In this document: positions 9,322-23,223 of the stretch, in pieces
How the letters are laid out: every line of letters begins with the position of its first letter
How positions within the stretch are numbered: position 1 is the first letter of the stretch
Assembly (NCBI RefSeq): GCF_964204645.1
Contig: NC_134029.1
Span: forward strand, 12,240,850 to 12,304,849
Origin: Tubulanus polymorphus
Lineage: Eukaryota > Animalia > Nemertea
Direction: 5' to 3'
Length of the DNA: 64,000 bases
Notes under the pieces: model-generated
What the model was told of the DNA's origin: nothing
Database searches by the model: none
The model's input: the letters and a program-made list of their open reading frames with translations, nothing else
Made by a program: the position numbers and the translations under genes

Positions 9322-11066
9322 TCCCACATTGGGCACACAACCAATTTTTGACGTCGATCCTGCGTTGAAGACTGCGATGTCAATGGTTTTCCTAGTTGTT
9401 AGCTGACGTCGCTTTACTAGTTGATTTCAACGTTATATCAACATGGGCTTAAAACAGTGTTCTTTTAAAAACATCATTATTGACGATATTTTTTTCTTCA
9501 TTTTGAAAACCCATGTGCTCAAATGGTCCTTAATTAATACCAATCACCGTGATACTCCTCGGCATACTTTTTGATTGAAAGACTTTCGGGGCAGAAATCA
9601 ATGTGACATATCCTCCTCTTTATCGATGAAATAACCATCTAATATATATTGGAAAATACAATGGTAATGCGAACGTTGCATTAAAAATGTGTTATTAACA
9701 ACCTAAATCGAACTTCGAATTGCGGGATTTGAACACCATCCACCAAAATTAATCGATCGACGTAACAATGTCGCGCCCATTTTGGTTCATTCGAGTCGAG
9801 GAAGAGGACAGTCGCGGTGAACTTTTGGAGAAATTTCAGGTATATAAGTAGTTTTGGGTTTAAGCTAAACCATTGTATTTCATAAGCTATGAAAAGAAAT
9901 AGGCCTTATAACGCCCAGACCTGCTAACCCTTAGTTTCACCGTATTTTTGTTGCACAGCCGGGTGGGCGTGTTAACGTCGTCGGCCAACGTCGTACGTGT
10001 ACGGTATACCACGTAGTCAATCCACAAATCAAATGTAGAGACAGATGAAACTTTATGAACTAAATGGGTTACCACATTCATTTTAGGGTAATGAGTCCGT
10101 AAATTCAGAAACAATTAAGACTGTTGTTTTTTCAGGGTGATGTCAAATTCCCTGATGTTGATGTTATACATAAAATGGAAATAAGACATTTTCTTTTGAG
10201 GAGACCTGTCCCTGTGAAGTCAACATTGGTAAGTAATTTTTAACAATATTCCCTACTTGGGAAAATATTACCAAGTACCTTTAAAGTGTCTGATATTGGT
10301 CATGCTAGGAGTTTATTGTGAATACAACCACTTCCTGGACTGGTTGAAGGGAGCAATAGCTTTGATTCATTGTTATAAAACCTACATTGAAAAATTGATT
10401 ACTGACTAGTCAAATTTCTAACTTGCTAAGTTATTAAAATATTTCTTGCTCATTCATTGCATCAATATTTTTATGGTTACAGATGCTGTTCGTAAATCGT
10501 ACAACTGAATCAGACATCATGGAAGTTATTCAGAACCAGCCGAAATATGATGCTGAGAGAAGGATTGAGTTAACTGTCAATAGAAAACTAACACCATAAT
10601 GGAGCTTAGAAGAAACTGACTATGTATAATTCTCGATTTCTTAAATCGATAAGTAGATTACTACAATTTGAAGTTAGGTTGTGCATTTCAATCATGTTTT
10701 GTTAGTTTAAATTTTATTTTTGGAGCTTATTACGTTACATGCAAACCATTTGGTAATAAATGTAATCATTTCTATATGTATTTCAAGTATATGTGCTTGT
10801 TTGTGGTTTTATTGATATCAGGTTAACATTTCGGTTGGTATATTCAGATTGAATATTATTTGCAAACAGGTTGGATGGAGGTCTATACGCAGACGTTGTT
10901 ATTCCCTGTGATATGACGTCGGACTATCAGGTTATAAGTTGGTTGAAATCTAGTTGGATATTGGTTGTTTAATGAAGTTGATTTCTCCTCGGACTATGAA
11001 CGTTGATTCACTTTTCAAAATCAACCTACAGCCAACGTCGTTTCAACGTTGATGCACCCACAGGGT
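9322..11066. mobile_element. Non-autonomous DNA transposon (EnSpm/CACTA-like) with degenerate TIRs
   Basis: CCCACATTGGGCACACAAC...GTTGATGCACCCACAGGG ends, ACGTTG/CAACGT-rich subterminal repeats and internal exon-like remnants. Confidence 0.4.
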
Positions 11067-11319
11067 TATTAAAGAAATTTGTGCTTTGAATAGAACAGCG
11101 ACCAGTGATTGGCTGACTTGGCCAACTTGTCACGCCCCGCGCAATTTAAAATGACTTGATATATTATGGCTGCTGACTATATGACTACTGCTGACTGGTG
11201 TTATCTCCCTATAGCCGTCATCATAAAGCAATTCTGTTGTTTTAGTAGCAATAAAAAGTGATGAAGATCTTAATAGATCTCTTAAAAGTGGATATGTTAG
11301 GATCGCAGCTATATCGGCA

Positions 11320-12001
11320 TGATATAGAAATACTAAGTTATTGTTATTCAATGCCCCCTGGTGGCCATATACAAAAACCAATGACCTTGAAACTCACCAA
11401 AATCATAGAACACGTTATGGGCTAACAACCTTCCAATCGATCAATATAATGTGGAAAAACTTTTCCACCTACGAATGAGTGCTGATGACACAAATATGGC
11501 CGCCAATTGCGTCATAATTGGCTGATCAAAAATACCAGTCTCAGGTATAAAACATCCCTTTCCAAAGAATACCCATCACAAATTGCAATGAGAAATGGCA
11601 AACCAGGACTCAGAATTTGGGCCAAAATTAACATTTATGGGCACTAAAAAGGTCATAGGACGGCCATCTTGAGTCCGATCGAACCAATTTTTCTTATGCT
11701 GATGGGCCCTTGGGAGATTCAAATGCATACGAAAGATCAAGGTAATTGATCAAAGCGTCTTCAAAATTTCCCTCAAAAAGTTTAAAAATGTGTAATAAGT
11801 GCTGATTTTGGCGAACAACAATGGCTGCCAGTCGGCCATCTTGATACTGACAGAGCCAGTTTTTGGGCTGAAGATGTGTCCAGGGTAGATACATGTGTAA
11901 CCCAAATATCAAGACTTTATATTGGATTCCGTCTACGGACGGACGACAGACAAAAAGTGAATGCAATAGTCCGCTGGGACTAGTCCCAACTGGGCTAAAA
12001 A
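11320..12001 (+). mobile_element. HINE-like (Helentron-associated) family A, 3' portion
   Basis: Homologous to 28710-30808, 33210-33503 and 44141-45192; GGAC microsatellite and terminal hairpin GGGACTAGTCCC..GGGCTAAAA. Confidence 0.75.
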
Positions 12002-12147
12002 CAACAAAAAAATAACAAGCAGATGATCAGCTGCACTCAATGCCACGCTATGTTGCACTAAAAATGATGTAAAAAGATTCAGCCCTAGTGACATCAATCT
12101 CCAGTGATGTATTCCTTTCGCTAAATCCAAATTAAATCCAAAAATCC

Positions 12148-12577
12148 TTATGGCATTTTGTTGATATGCTTTACACAGTCATCACGACCTCCATGCGTCA
12201 CCAATATGTCGGTGTCGCATAAATTACATCTGATACGTGACGTCCCTTTATTAGATTGAACCAAACACGGAAATTCTTCTGTATATGCCGTATTATAACT
12301 AGTCTTTGACTTTTTCGCAGCCGGCGCATTTCCATTGTCCTGATTGTCGGCCATTGAATTGAAGCTTGCTGCGAGTGAAGACACCGCTGATATGCTGTTA
12401 AGATTAAACGACCTTGACAGTGCAATATAAATAACAGAAAAAAACGCAGCGGGACAATTTTAATCAGGCTGTGACTGTATTATTGATCGACATGGACAAT
12501 TTAATAATAACGGGACAGCGGGACAATCGCTTAGAAATCGGGATCGTCCCGGTGAAATCGGGAGGTTGGCAGCTCTG
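12148..12577 (-). mobile_element. hAT transposon left end with truncated transposase (BED-like zinc finger)
   Basis: Terminus CAGAGCTGCCAACC at 12577 and GGGACA subterminal repeats; ORF 12148-12384 has RCNLC...HGGRDDCVKH. Confidence 0.75.
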
Positions 12578-12863
12578 CAAGAAATTTATTTTCAATTTGG
12601 CGCTTGGAGATAATATCAGTGTGGGTAGAAGATTTTTATCCTGTTTTGGATTTTCCCAGCACCATATTTTTTCAGCACCTAATTGAAAATCACTGTACCC
12701 AACACACTTATATGACCGATTTGGCAGGCCAACTTGATTATTTTCACTTCGGAAAAATGCTAAAATGGCAGTTATGTAGTGCCGAAAGGGACTAATTGAT
12801 AAATAAATGTCAGTTGTTACTTGTAGGATTGTGTTAGCCTCGCTAAAGGATAAATACAGGATA

Positions 12864-13027
12864 CAGTCAAACCCACTCAATCCAGATCCGCTCAATCCGA
12901 ATTTTGGTCTCATCAGGACATTATTTGCACTTCAATTGTTCATTAATATACAAGAAAATGACTTTCAATACGAGTTTCCTGTAAACTGGATGAATTTTGT
13001 TGGTCCCAAATTAAGTGGATTCTACTG
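12864..13027. mobile_element. Tc1/mariner (pogo/Tigger-like) MITE
   Basis: TA|CAGTCAAACCC...GGATTCTACTG imperfect TIRs. Confidence 0.55.
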
Positions 13028-14498
13028 CATTATTCATTTAAAATGAATAAGGATTAAAACATTTGCAAGCGTTTAAGATCAGGTAGCGCTTAATTTGTCA
13101 ATATTTTATTATGATTTTATTCAATAGTTAACTAACCCATATGCCAGGACAAAATGTTATTTTTTCAATTAACACTAAACTCGAATAAATATCTCAAATT
13201 TCTGAGCGTGTACTGACTATATGTGCTATATGTGTGACGTCAAGGGGCTACACCGAATACACCGTCAAATGTTAATACTTTAATCAGTATAAGTTTATTG
13301 GTTTCTTCTATACTCACTCTATACGAATGTTAATTTCGATAAAAACAGCAATTTTACTTCTTTAAAATGGAAAGCAAGGAGTAGTATATTCCCATAATAG
13401 AGCAGTTTAGTTCACATAAAAGACTGTTGATTTTGTTTACTTTAAATAATTCAATTTGTGCTCAATGCCCACTGAATTCATGTTTAACCAATTTTTATCA
13501 TATCTGAGATTATTTGAATCAAGGGATATGACACAAATTCTTACTATTAGTCAGTGCAGTAACACGAACTACCAAGATGAGTTACTAACTGTGTCAGTAG
13601 AGTTTCCTGCTGAGATATGCCTCTAAGAAACATATATTACCTACTAGTGTATGAACTATACACAAGAAGCAGGTCATAAGGATAACTTAAACTTTGGGTA
13701 CCATAAAATGTTTATGTAGCTTAGGAGATCGCGCTGATGGGAATTCAGTGATGAGCCCCTATTTTGTCATCATCAGCCCCATCAACATGGATTTCAAATG
13801 AACTATGTGATGTAAAAATTCCTTCAAATTAACACTTTTCAATTATTTATATTTCAGTAATCCATCACTCATTACAGCTAAAGAATTCATTCTCAAGAAT
13901 GATTATCATGTATTCATGAAACATCATGTATCATTAAAAACAAAAAATAATTAAACACTACTTGATCTTTAATATATCTAATCATTACAAGTGAGTTTCA
14001 TTGCAAAATACAGTGTTTGGACTTCTCTGATATTCAAATATCCCTTAAGCTACGTTAACACAATGTTAATATACATATGTCTGCTTAATTTTCCTCAAAT
14101 GACACTAATCATTTGGTTGAGAACCAACGATCCCTGAATCAGTTCAGATAGTAAACAATTCTGATTATGATGTACAAACCAAATAAATATATTTTTTCCA
14201 TAAACATGTTTACCATATAACATAATCCATGTCACAAATTGCACATAATCCTTTGCACACGATAATGCTAAAACTTTGAACCCATGATCTCGTGAAACGT
14301 GGGGGAACTGCATGCCCCAGTCTATGCTCAGCGCAGAGAAGTGTCAGTCCATATTGAATGTCACTTTGTACTTATCCAACTAAGAAGAATTATACACAAC
14401 ATGTGACCGATTCCTGATATGATGTTGGAGTGTTTGTTATGATTTGACTTGTAGCAGGCATTTGTGAAATGTCCACTGCTAACAAATATCTTATCATT

Positions 14499-14530
14499 TC
14501 ATCCATCCTCTTTAGGAGGTGTGAACCAAC
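14499..14530 (-). CDS. UBE2Q: UBE2Q last coding exon
   Basis: ttgcAG|GT TGG TTC ACA CCT CCT AAA GAG GAT GGA TGA = (G)WFTPPKEDG*, the characteristic UBE2Q C-terminus; phase matches the preceding exon. Confidence 0.95.
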
Positions 14531-15362
14531 CTGCAAATATACAAATGTACAGTAATCAAAACAGTCAAAGAGGTCATTTTCCATTTCTTGCATTATGTTA
14601 ACCACCTTCCTTAAATAATAATGTGAATTATGGATGTCTAAATGGGGAACAGGGACCCCTTGTCACTAGGTCCTACAAAAATACATAATTATATCAGTTT
14701 TCAAGCTCTTTCGCCTGGTGATGATATACAGTGCCCATTTGAAACTCATCACAATGGTAGAATATGTTAACAGCCAACTTGCACATTTAAGGGAGAAAAT
14801 TAAATTTTTGAGAGATAATTGGGCTCATATCTGGGACATTTTAGGACAATTTGAAGGAATTCCAAATTCCACAATTTTGAGATGTTTGCATACTACCGTA
14901 TGTAGGTCTGACCAGGCCAGTAGGTTCAAACCTGGCTGAGCACTACCGTGCTTTTCAATTTTTTTTTTTAAACCAAAATGAGTTTATTTCACAAAGAACA
15001 AGAAAGTTAACAAAATGATCAAACCACACAAAGCATCATTAAGACACTATATGCGTGTTTTTCAATGGCCATGAAATCGAAAGAGACAAACCAAAAACTA
15101 GAAATAAGAATTGTCCCAATTATATCATTGTTAAATAACCAGCTGCCATTTGGGACATGACAGTAATATCAACTGAGAATGTAGCGATCAGTCTTCGTTT
15201 GGATCTCGTCGCTCTCAGACGTGTGCGGTCGTATGGGATATTTCGGATCTCAACTGTGGTTGAGACACGTTGGTTAAGGCTAGTCCGGTATTTGTAGAAG
15301 GACTGTGAGGACAAGAGTCCGGTATTGTAGAAGAAGGACTATAAAGATGGTAAGAGTCCGGT

Positions 15363-15632
15363 TGTTGAAAATAAAATCTGCTTTTGTGTATTGAAATGTA
15401 ATGTATTATCATATCCTCTCAATACTTCTCATTCTGTACTGTCATTTCAAGTAGTAATCGTGTAGCCTTATTTCTTGTTTCCTACTTCCTATTTCCTCTA
15501 TTTGTATGTTTGTATCGTTTGTAAAATTTGTTATTTTCTAGTTAACGGACGTAAAGTAAATAAAACAAGGTCCAGTAAAGCACGTCTTACTTTTAGTAAC
15601 ACGGGCATGGAATGTTGTCTCTGTTTGCGACA
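15363..15632 (+). repeat. 5' LTR (internally deleted)
   Basis: TGTTGAAAATAAAATC...TTTGCGACA; lacks ~170 bp present in the 3' LTR. Confidence 0.9.
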
Positions 15633-18303
15633 GTTTACTTAAAACACTCGTGTTGAAGTCTGAAATTTGGTCACTCTGATGGCGCGCAACAGGGCAAACT
15701 TTCATGGTCATTGGGTTCAACAGAAATTTGGGATACTGCTGAAGATACTCTTGGTTCCGCAACAAGGCTGAAAGCGTCGCGTATTGGTTATGCTGGCTGG
15801 CTGATGCGCGCCCTGAATACGTGTCAACAGACACTGAAATCTACAAGTCACGAAGCATTGAAAATGTGTTGCGAAAAGCTAGTAAATGCTTCGAAACGAT
15901 TCAAGAATGTACTTTTTCGAATTGCTGTGCGATGAATATGAAATTCTTGAAGCCGAAAATTCGTTCGATGATTATAATGACCAGGTTATCGCTTTGCTGA
16001 GTAGTCTGGATTCTAAAATACAGTCACTCGAAGAGAATCAACCAGTTTCATCGCGAGCATCCTCGATGAGAAATTCAACTAGAGCTAAGTTCCATCCGGT
16101 TTCCGTGAACCAACCCGTGGACGAACCACCAGCGCATCTAACAGCGCACAAATGGTTGGTTGATACTCATCTAAACCCAGATGCTGATGTTTTCCGTCCA
16201 GAATATAAGGATCTGCTCCTCGACAACTGGATCGACCAGATACCACAGATCACACCAGCAGTGTTTTCGGAGTCCGATCTGTTAGCAACGATAGCTAAGC
16301 TATCTACTTACCGGGACTTACCAGTCGTGGAATTACCAATATTTGACGCATCTCCACTACAGGGGCCGGGATTCGCTGAACAATTTCACGCGCAGGTTCA
16401 CACAAGACCAGGATTGTCTGATAGTTGTAAGATGGACTTGTTGCAGTCTCATACACACGGTGTGGCAAAACGGGTGATTCAGGGGCTAGATTATACTAGC
16501 CGTAACTACGGTAAGGTGTTGCAAGAATTAAAGACCATGTTTGGACACAGAGTACCACTGTTTCTTGCAGAGAACGCCAAAGAAGGCACCACTCTTTACT
16601 TCACCGTGACTACTATCACCCTCCGAGATATGACGGGGCACTCAATTCGCCGTCTACTTCCGTATCGTCGTCGTGGGCATCCGACGAATTACCTTCATGT
16701 GTCTCGTGTGGCTCGGTTGAAGATAAGCTTGCTTGGCAAATATTAGAATCTAGCTGTCGTTTGGTTAACGGTCACTACGAGGTTGGTATGCTATGGGGGG
16801 ACCCCGAAGCTTTCATGCCTGACAATAGGTGGCAGGCCGAGGCTTGGTTTCGGAATTTGAAATAACGCTTGTACAAAGATCCAAGTTTATGTGAGGCCCA
16901 TTCTATAACTCGGAATGGCTACATCGTGAAGGGTTATGCCCATAAATTGATAGACGAGGAAATCAAAAACACAGGTAAGAAAACTTGGTTTCTCCTGCAT
17001 CATGCCGTCGTTAATCCCAATAAACCACGAAAGGACTGCGTTGTATTTGATGCAGCAGCCGGCTGCAACGTTTCATTGAATAGCCAACTGATGACAGGAC
17101 CTGACCTACTCAATGGGCTATTTGGTATACTGCAACGCTTCCGTTTGGGTAAAATCGCTCTGGTTGACTCGAATTCCTTGTTATTTTTGTGGCAGGAAAA
17201 CCTGGCCAAAAATGGTGGCCCGGATGTCTTTAGAATGACTGTCCATATCTTCGGTAGTGTCGATTCGCCATGCAACTGACAGTTTGAAACGACCAGCAAC
17301 TGATAATACGGATAAATACAGTGAATTGGCCGTTCACACACTTGTCAATGATTTTTATATGGATGACTTAATTAAATCTGTTGATTCTACATTTCAGGCA
17401 TTCATATTGAAAAACGAAGTGACACAGATTCTGGCTCGCGGAGGTTTCCACCTTACGAAATGGATGAGCAATGACTGTCAAGTCTTAGCTGAAGCACCCA
17501 AAGATGAATGCGCCAGGCCCGAGCTGGACCTTGACATTGACGACCTACCCGTAGAAAGGGCGCTTGGGGTACGCCGGGGTGTCGAGGCGGATTCATTTGT
17601 TTTCAAGCCCGTTCTCAAAGCTCCGGTATCACCTACGAAACGTTAAGTCGTCAGCGTAGTAAGTTTCGTATTCGACCCCCTGGGCTTTGTATCACCATTT
17701 TTTTTCAGGGCTAAATGCATAATACAAGACATTTGGCGCCAATACTTTGACTGGGATGACCGAATTGATGGTGATCTTGCGGATAGATGGCTCACTTGCG
17801 TTAACAAACTTCACTTCCTATCAAGTTTTCATCTAAATCGTCATCATTTTGACCAGCTCGTTGAAGAGTCAGTGGTAAAAATTCACATCTTTGCAGATGC
17901 CTCTGAGAAAGGATTCGGTGCAGTGGCATACCTACGTATTCAACTACCCAGTGGTGAGTTTATGTGTTCCTTTATCGCATCTAAAACTCGGGTATGAACG
18001 GTCAAGTCCTTGACAATACCTAAACTAGAACTCGAGGGAGCCCTGCTAGCAGTCTTGTTATAAAATACGTTGAAAAATGAGCTGCTTACTTGAAAACAAG
18101 GTTTAAAACCGTTGCATCAAATAGGCTAATGAAGATATTGCAATGATCCAGAATGGCTACAGGGTCTTGAGTTCCTCAGTAATGATTTGAGCGCTTGACT
18201 GGATCAGAACATAGTCACAGGGCCCGTTATTGATGAAAATGATTTAAAAAAAATGCAAAATTGTAAATATATGTTTGTATGTCAATGATTCAGTCTGTGT
18301 TAA

Positions 18304-19073
18304 AGGCCGAGTTAAATGGAGGTCCAAAAACCCACCGGTTGGTACTTGAGATTTGTAGTGCAGACCACATCCCACTAACAACTAACAAGCAAGTGGTAGT
18401 TAGTTTTTAATGTTTACTGGAACACATCTGGATCACACCAGTATCACACAGTATCACAGTGACATATAAAAAAAAACTTTTTTCGTATATTTGATATCAT
18501 TTTGGTCATAGCAATCTTCTTAATTAGAATTCACTGATTCTGTAGATGTTTTTTGATAAGAATTTCTACAGTAATAATGGTTTTGAACATAAAATCTGTA
18601 TTTTCAATTTTGATGAATTTTCACACATTGTTACTGATAAGGATATATAAATTTTGAGTTTGATACAACTTTCAGGTAATAAGTTTTCTAACCCCTAAAA
18701 TTACGCACTAGAGAGCTGCAACTGTTTTGTTTATATGGGTTTATGACTAAAGGTCACTGTGCTCTATGTGGGGAGGTGGATGACTCCGCCCAGCTTGTCA
18801 TTCAAAGATTTGAAAATTTGAAGAATGCACTAAGTAAATTGCTAATTTATGCATGAAGGAGGGCTTTAACTAAATTTTATGCCATAGATATGACTATAAC
18901 ACATGGTTACACATGTGTCCCTGACAAAAAGGCGGGTCCAAATCGGTTAACTGACAGAGATATTAGGGTCCGGAAATACTGATTTCAACCGCCGGAGCTC
19001 TTGACTGCTCCATGGGTTCAGAGATACTGCCATGTCCGACAGATGATGGGCCTTTTATACTGGAAGTCGGCCT
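18304..19073. mobile_element. Kolobok-like MITE nested in BEL pol
   Basis: TTAA|AGGCCGA...TCGGCCT|TTAA (TSD 18300-18303, 19074-19077). Confidence 0.8.
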
Positions 19074-20434
19074 TTAACTTTGTTGTTCGTAATGCTGAAC
19101 TTTCGCTATCACAGATAATGGAAACCAAAGGTTTCTCGTCTTGGTAAAGACTGAAAAGACATGGAGCATTAGTGCTCAGAGCAATTGCTAGATTTACAGC
19201 TTCACTTCCACGTGTGAATAGTAAGTGGGGTGGTGAGTCTGTGAAGGGTAAATGTTTGTTGGTGTCCGAAGTCAATCGAGCGGGAGACGTACTCATTTCG
19301 GATGCACATTTGCGTCACTTCGCTCCTGATATCCGCTCATTAAAACAAGGAACTGCTAAACCTATTTTACCTATTTTATGTCGAGTTTATACGCGTTGGC
19401 GGTAGGTTGACTCAAGCTAATATTCCCTTTCCAGCCAAACATCAAATAATCATGCCATTCGGTGATCATATCACAAATTTGATCGTCCTTAACACCCACC
19501 GCCTGCTTCTTCATTCTGGGACAGACAATGTAATTTCAGAATTATGCCAGAAGTTTTGGCCGATAAAGGGTCGGTCCCTTGTGAATAGCGTTATTCGAAA
19601 ATGTGTAATTTGCCGCGTGAATTACGCAAAACTGCGAGTCCCTTTAATGGGAAATTTGCCTTTAGCACAGGTAAGTGGTTATATACGTCTGTTCACGCGC
19701 TTATTCATGTGTTTGGTAACCCGCGCAATACACCTAGAATTAGCCAATAATCTAGAGTCAGATGCCTTCATGGCCCTGCATCACATATTTATAGTGAAAT
19801 CGGCACCAATTTGGTCGGAGCGGATAGAGAGTTATCCCGAGCGATAAGAAACTTCAATCAATCAATGATTTCTGATTATTTGTTGCAAAGAAAGATTCAA
19901 TGGCATTTTTCGCCGCCCTCTGCTCCACACTTTGGTGGAGTGTGGGAGCGTTTAGTCAAATCAACTAAAAGGGCATTGAAGAATGTTTTGAGAAACCAGC
20001 TGGTTTCAGAATCAATGCTACACACTGCATTAATTGAAGTTGGAGCTGCAATCAATAGCAGACCCTTAACTTACAATGCCCCTAATCAAAAAGATCTCAC
20101 CGCAATTACTCCGAACCACTTCCTACATGGGGGCGCCACGTCTATCTTCCCTCCCGATAAAGTGGAAAGTCAGGAGATCTTGCTCAGGGTCAATGGAATC
20201 TCGCTCGGGTAGTGGACGTTTATCCTGGAGCTGACAGTAGGATTCGAACGGTGAAGTTGAAAACCAGAGTTGGTGAGTTTGTAAGACCAGTCGCTAAAAT
20301 AAGCGTTCTGGAAGAATCAGTCGTTTAAAGAATGGCCGCCATTGATAGTCATACTGTTTGTATATATGTTTTCAGATGTTTGCATAAATTTCAGGATGCT
20401 TTTGACGTCATTTTCTGACGTCAAGGGGGCGCTA

Positions 20435-20869
20435 TGTTGAAGATAAAATCTGCTTTTGTGTATTGAAATGTAATGTATTATCATATCCTCTCAATACTTC
20501 TCATTCTGTACTGTCATTTCAGTTCATAGCTATTATTGTCGATATTTAGTTAGTCTTTGCACCAGATTTCTGATACCTGTTCTCCTGCACTCATGTTTTT
20601 CACGCTTATGACTTTAGGTTAAGGTTCATCATATTTCAATGTTCGTGGAATTCGCCACCCCTCCGTGGATAGGTAAAGGTCTCACGAGTGTTGTAAGTAG
20701 TAATTTTGTAGCCTTATTTCTGGTTTCCTACTTCCTATTTCCTCTATTTGTACGTTTGTATCATTTGTATAATTTGTTATTTTCTAGTTAACGGTAAATA
20801 AAAGAAGGTCCAGTTAAGCCCGTGTTACTTTTAGTGAATTACGGAGGAATGTCGTCTCTGTTTGCGACA
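20435..20869 (+). repeat. 3' LTR
   Basis: TGTTGAAGATAAAATC...TTTGCGACA, preceded by AAGGGGGCGCTA. Confidence 0.9.
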
Positions 20870-20999
20870 CCGGTATTGTAGAAGAAGGAGTTTAAAGATA
20901 AGAGTTCAGCTTTTGTAGAAGAGCGGACTATAAAGATGATGAGTCAGGTAGAAGGACTTCGAAAGATGATGAGAGTGTGAGAAGGCTTAATGCAGCCGT

Positions 21000-23050
21000 C
21001 AATGAATTGGATCAACCCCCCAGCTCATCCAATCGATTTCATTTCAATCCGGATGGTTAATCCGCCCGAACGTCTGGAACACAGCCGTTTGACGTACATG
21101 CGATGATTTTGTGTTCGCATACAGAGTTTTACAAATAATTCTTCCGTCTTGGATTTGACTGTGCTTCGAATTTCAGTAATACGAAACCACTGTCCACTTG
21201 AAAGAAGATGAAAATTCCTTCCAAGTGCATTCGGTAGAAAATCGATTTTCACATATTTCCATGCTGCCAAGACTCGACATCGAATGGACATTGTATTGGT
21301 CTAAAGATCGTCAAAAGATATCAGTTTTTCAGTGCATCGTCTACCCTATACTTTGCTTACAGACATTCAATGTGGTTTTATTAAGGTTATTCATGTTCCG
21401 AGTTTGTTTGTGTTCCTTTTGAATGATCATTGCAAGCTTTGGTCATTGCTGGTTATAACCAATCTAGTATAGGTTGACTGATCGCATTCTGGAAGATTTA
21501 CTTTGGCGTAGGTTTGGAGCATTCATCGTGTGCATACTTGGTTTTTTTATATCCTATGTATATTCTCTTTGCTGATCTGATGTCACAGGTCCACAAAGAC
21601 CTGCTGTCCCGGCTTTTGTCGCACTGGCGTTGGGCTGTTGAACCCATGTTTATGTTTTATCCATTGTTAACTCTTCCACGGTTCTATGTACTGATTTATG
21701 GTTTGTCATATTTCATTGATTTTGTTTGTGTAAGAGACCATTCAGCAGCCTCGCTCCCACACCATTTGGTTGCTTCAGACTTACGAGTATTCAAAATCGG
21801 ACTGCATAAGGTGGGTGGGTACGTGGTGCAGAAATTGGGTTTGTAGGGTTTTGGATTGCAGCGGGCGATCCATTGACCAATCGACAGATGAGATTCAGAA
21901 AAGAATATAGAGCAAATAACCCTGTGAAGATTGGGAAACATCCTTATACGGGCATTTGTTTTGAAACCAATCTGGCAATCGGGGAAAATGAGAGTAGTCT
22001 AGCATGTAGAATAGCGCAGAATAATCTTTAAAGATAACTGGTGGCAGCAATTCCCCAGTTGTTGCCTGGAGTACGTCTCCAGCGGTCAGGAAAGTGGCCA
22101 TTGGATAAAAAGATATTGAAGACTTTGTTTAGGAGGGGTAAGATGTGGCTATGGGCAGCTTTGATAATTTCATCGAGCAAAGAATCCGGGCCAGCTGACT
22201 TGTTTTTCTTGAGTTGATATTTCGTGGTCAAGGATCTTTAAGTTCAGTTCAATAGATATCGAGCCCTTATTAAATTGAATATAGGAGTCAGCAATGTTGG
22301 GAGAAATTGGTATTCATATTTCTGGTGGTGTCGTTGAGAAGCTTGCTAAGGGGTCGACCCAGTCAGATTCGCTAATAGGACAGAAATTCTTTTGTTTGCC
22401 GAGAGACCGTAGTTGATCGAAAAAGGACCAGTATCCTCTCGGATTCATTAGAGTGGGGAGGGTTCATTTGGGATAGATTTTGTGTTTAAAGAGACTCTTC
22501 TTTTGTTATCTAGACATTTAATTGCCTTGCGTTTATATTGGTCAGCTGAGAGATTGACGAGATTGACGCCAACGGGCGTTTTGTGGAGCTGATTTCCAAG
22601 TTTTTTGTAGGTCAAAATTCAATGGGTAGGGCGTTGTCCAAGATGGGATTGTCAACAACTGTGAGGGGGATATGGAAGGAACCAGTAGAGATTAGAGTAG
22701 ATAGCTTACAATGAATAGGGTGGAGGAATAATATACAACATATCAACACGATCGTTGGCGATTCTGAACTTAGCGCTTAAACATGGATCTAGGAGTTTTA
22801 CCCCAAAAGCATCGACAGAATGGTTGTCACTTGAGTTTCCCAGGTAAGGGGCAAAAAAATTTCGTCAATACATGAGTCAGGATTGTAGGTCATTTTGGCA
22901 TTGCTATACCTAAGAAGAACACAATGGCCGGAACTGGGCTTCATCATTTTCTAGGGACTCGAACAAGTCATCGTGTTTCTGTTCAGGAAATTGCGAATAA
23001 AGAGATTAGATACATTAACTATTGGAGAGGATAAACAGTATTCAGTAGTT
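21000..23050 (-). mobile_element. Degenerate non-LTR retrotransposon (LINE) fragment
   Basis: LKKNKSAGPDSLLDEIIK...LNKVFNIFLSNGHFPDRW (22028-22231) is the typical pre-RT region. Boundaries approximate. Confidence 0.7.
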
Positions 23051-23223
23051 TACATAATATATGTATGAATAGTTCACAGTAAATAAAGTACATAGGATAT
23101 AAGTAAAACTAGTATACTACTTCAGCAGTAACATTAATGCATTTACAAAGGTGTTATTGGTGAGCTAAGTGGAGAGGATTATGTTGATCTGGTTCTCTCA
23201 CCAAGGAGGCTGGTGGTGGTTAA

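Larger units (their letters stand above)
15363..20869 (+). mobile_element. BEL/Pao LTR retrotransposon 1, both LTRs present, degenerate
   Basis: TG...CA LTRs, CCGGT TSD (15358-15362, 20870-20874) and purine tract before the 3' LTR. Gag remnant, RT (GPDLLN, FYMDD), RNase H (HIFADAS) and integrase (APHFGGVWERLVKS, INSRPL). Confidence 0.95.

Noticed and set aside
14390-14605. 71-aa ORF as a gene
   Set aside because: It is the wrong frame across the true UBE2Q last exon and 3' UTR.
14900-14950. tRNA gene suggested by B-box-like GGTTCAAACC
   Set aside because: No cloverleaf could be built; at most a SINE-like remnant.
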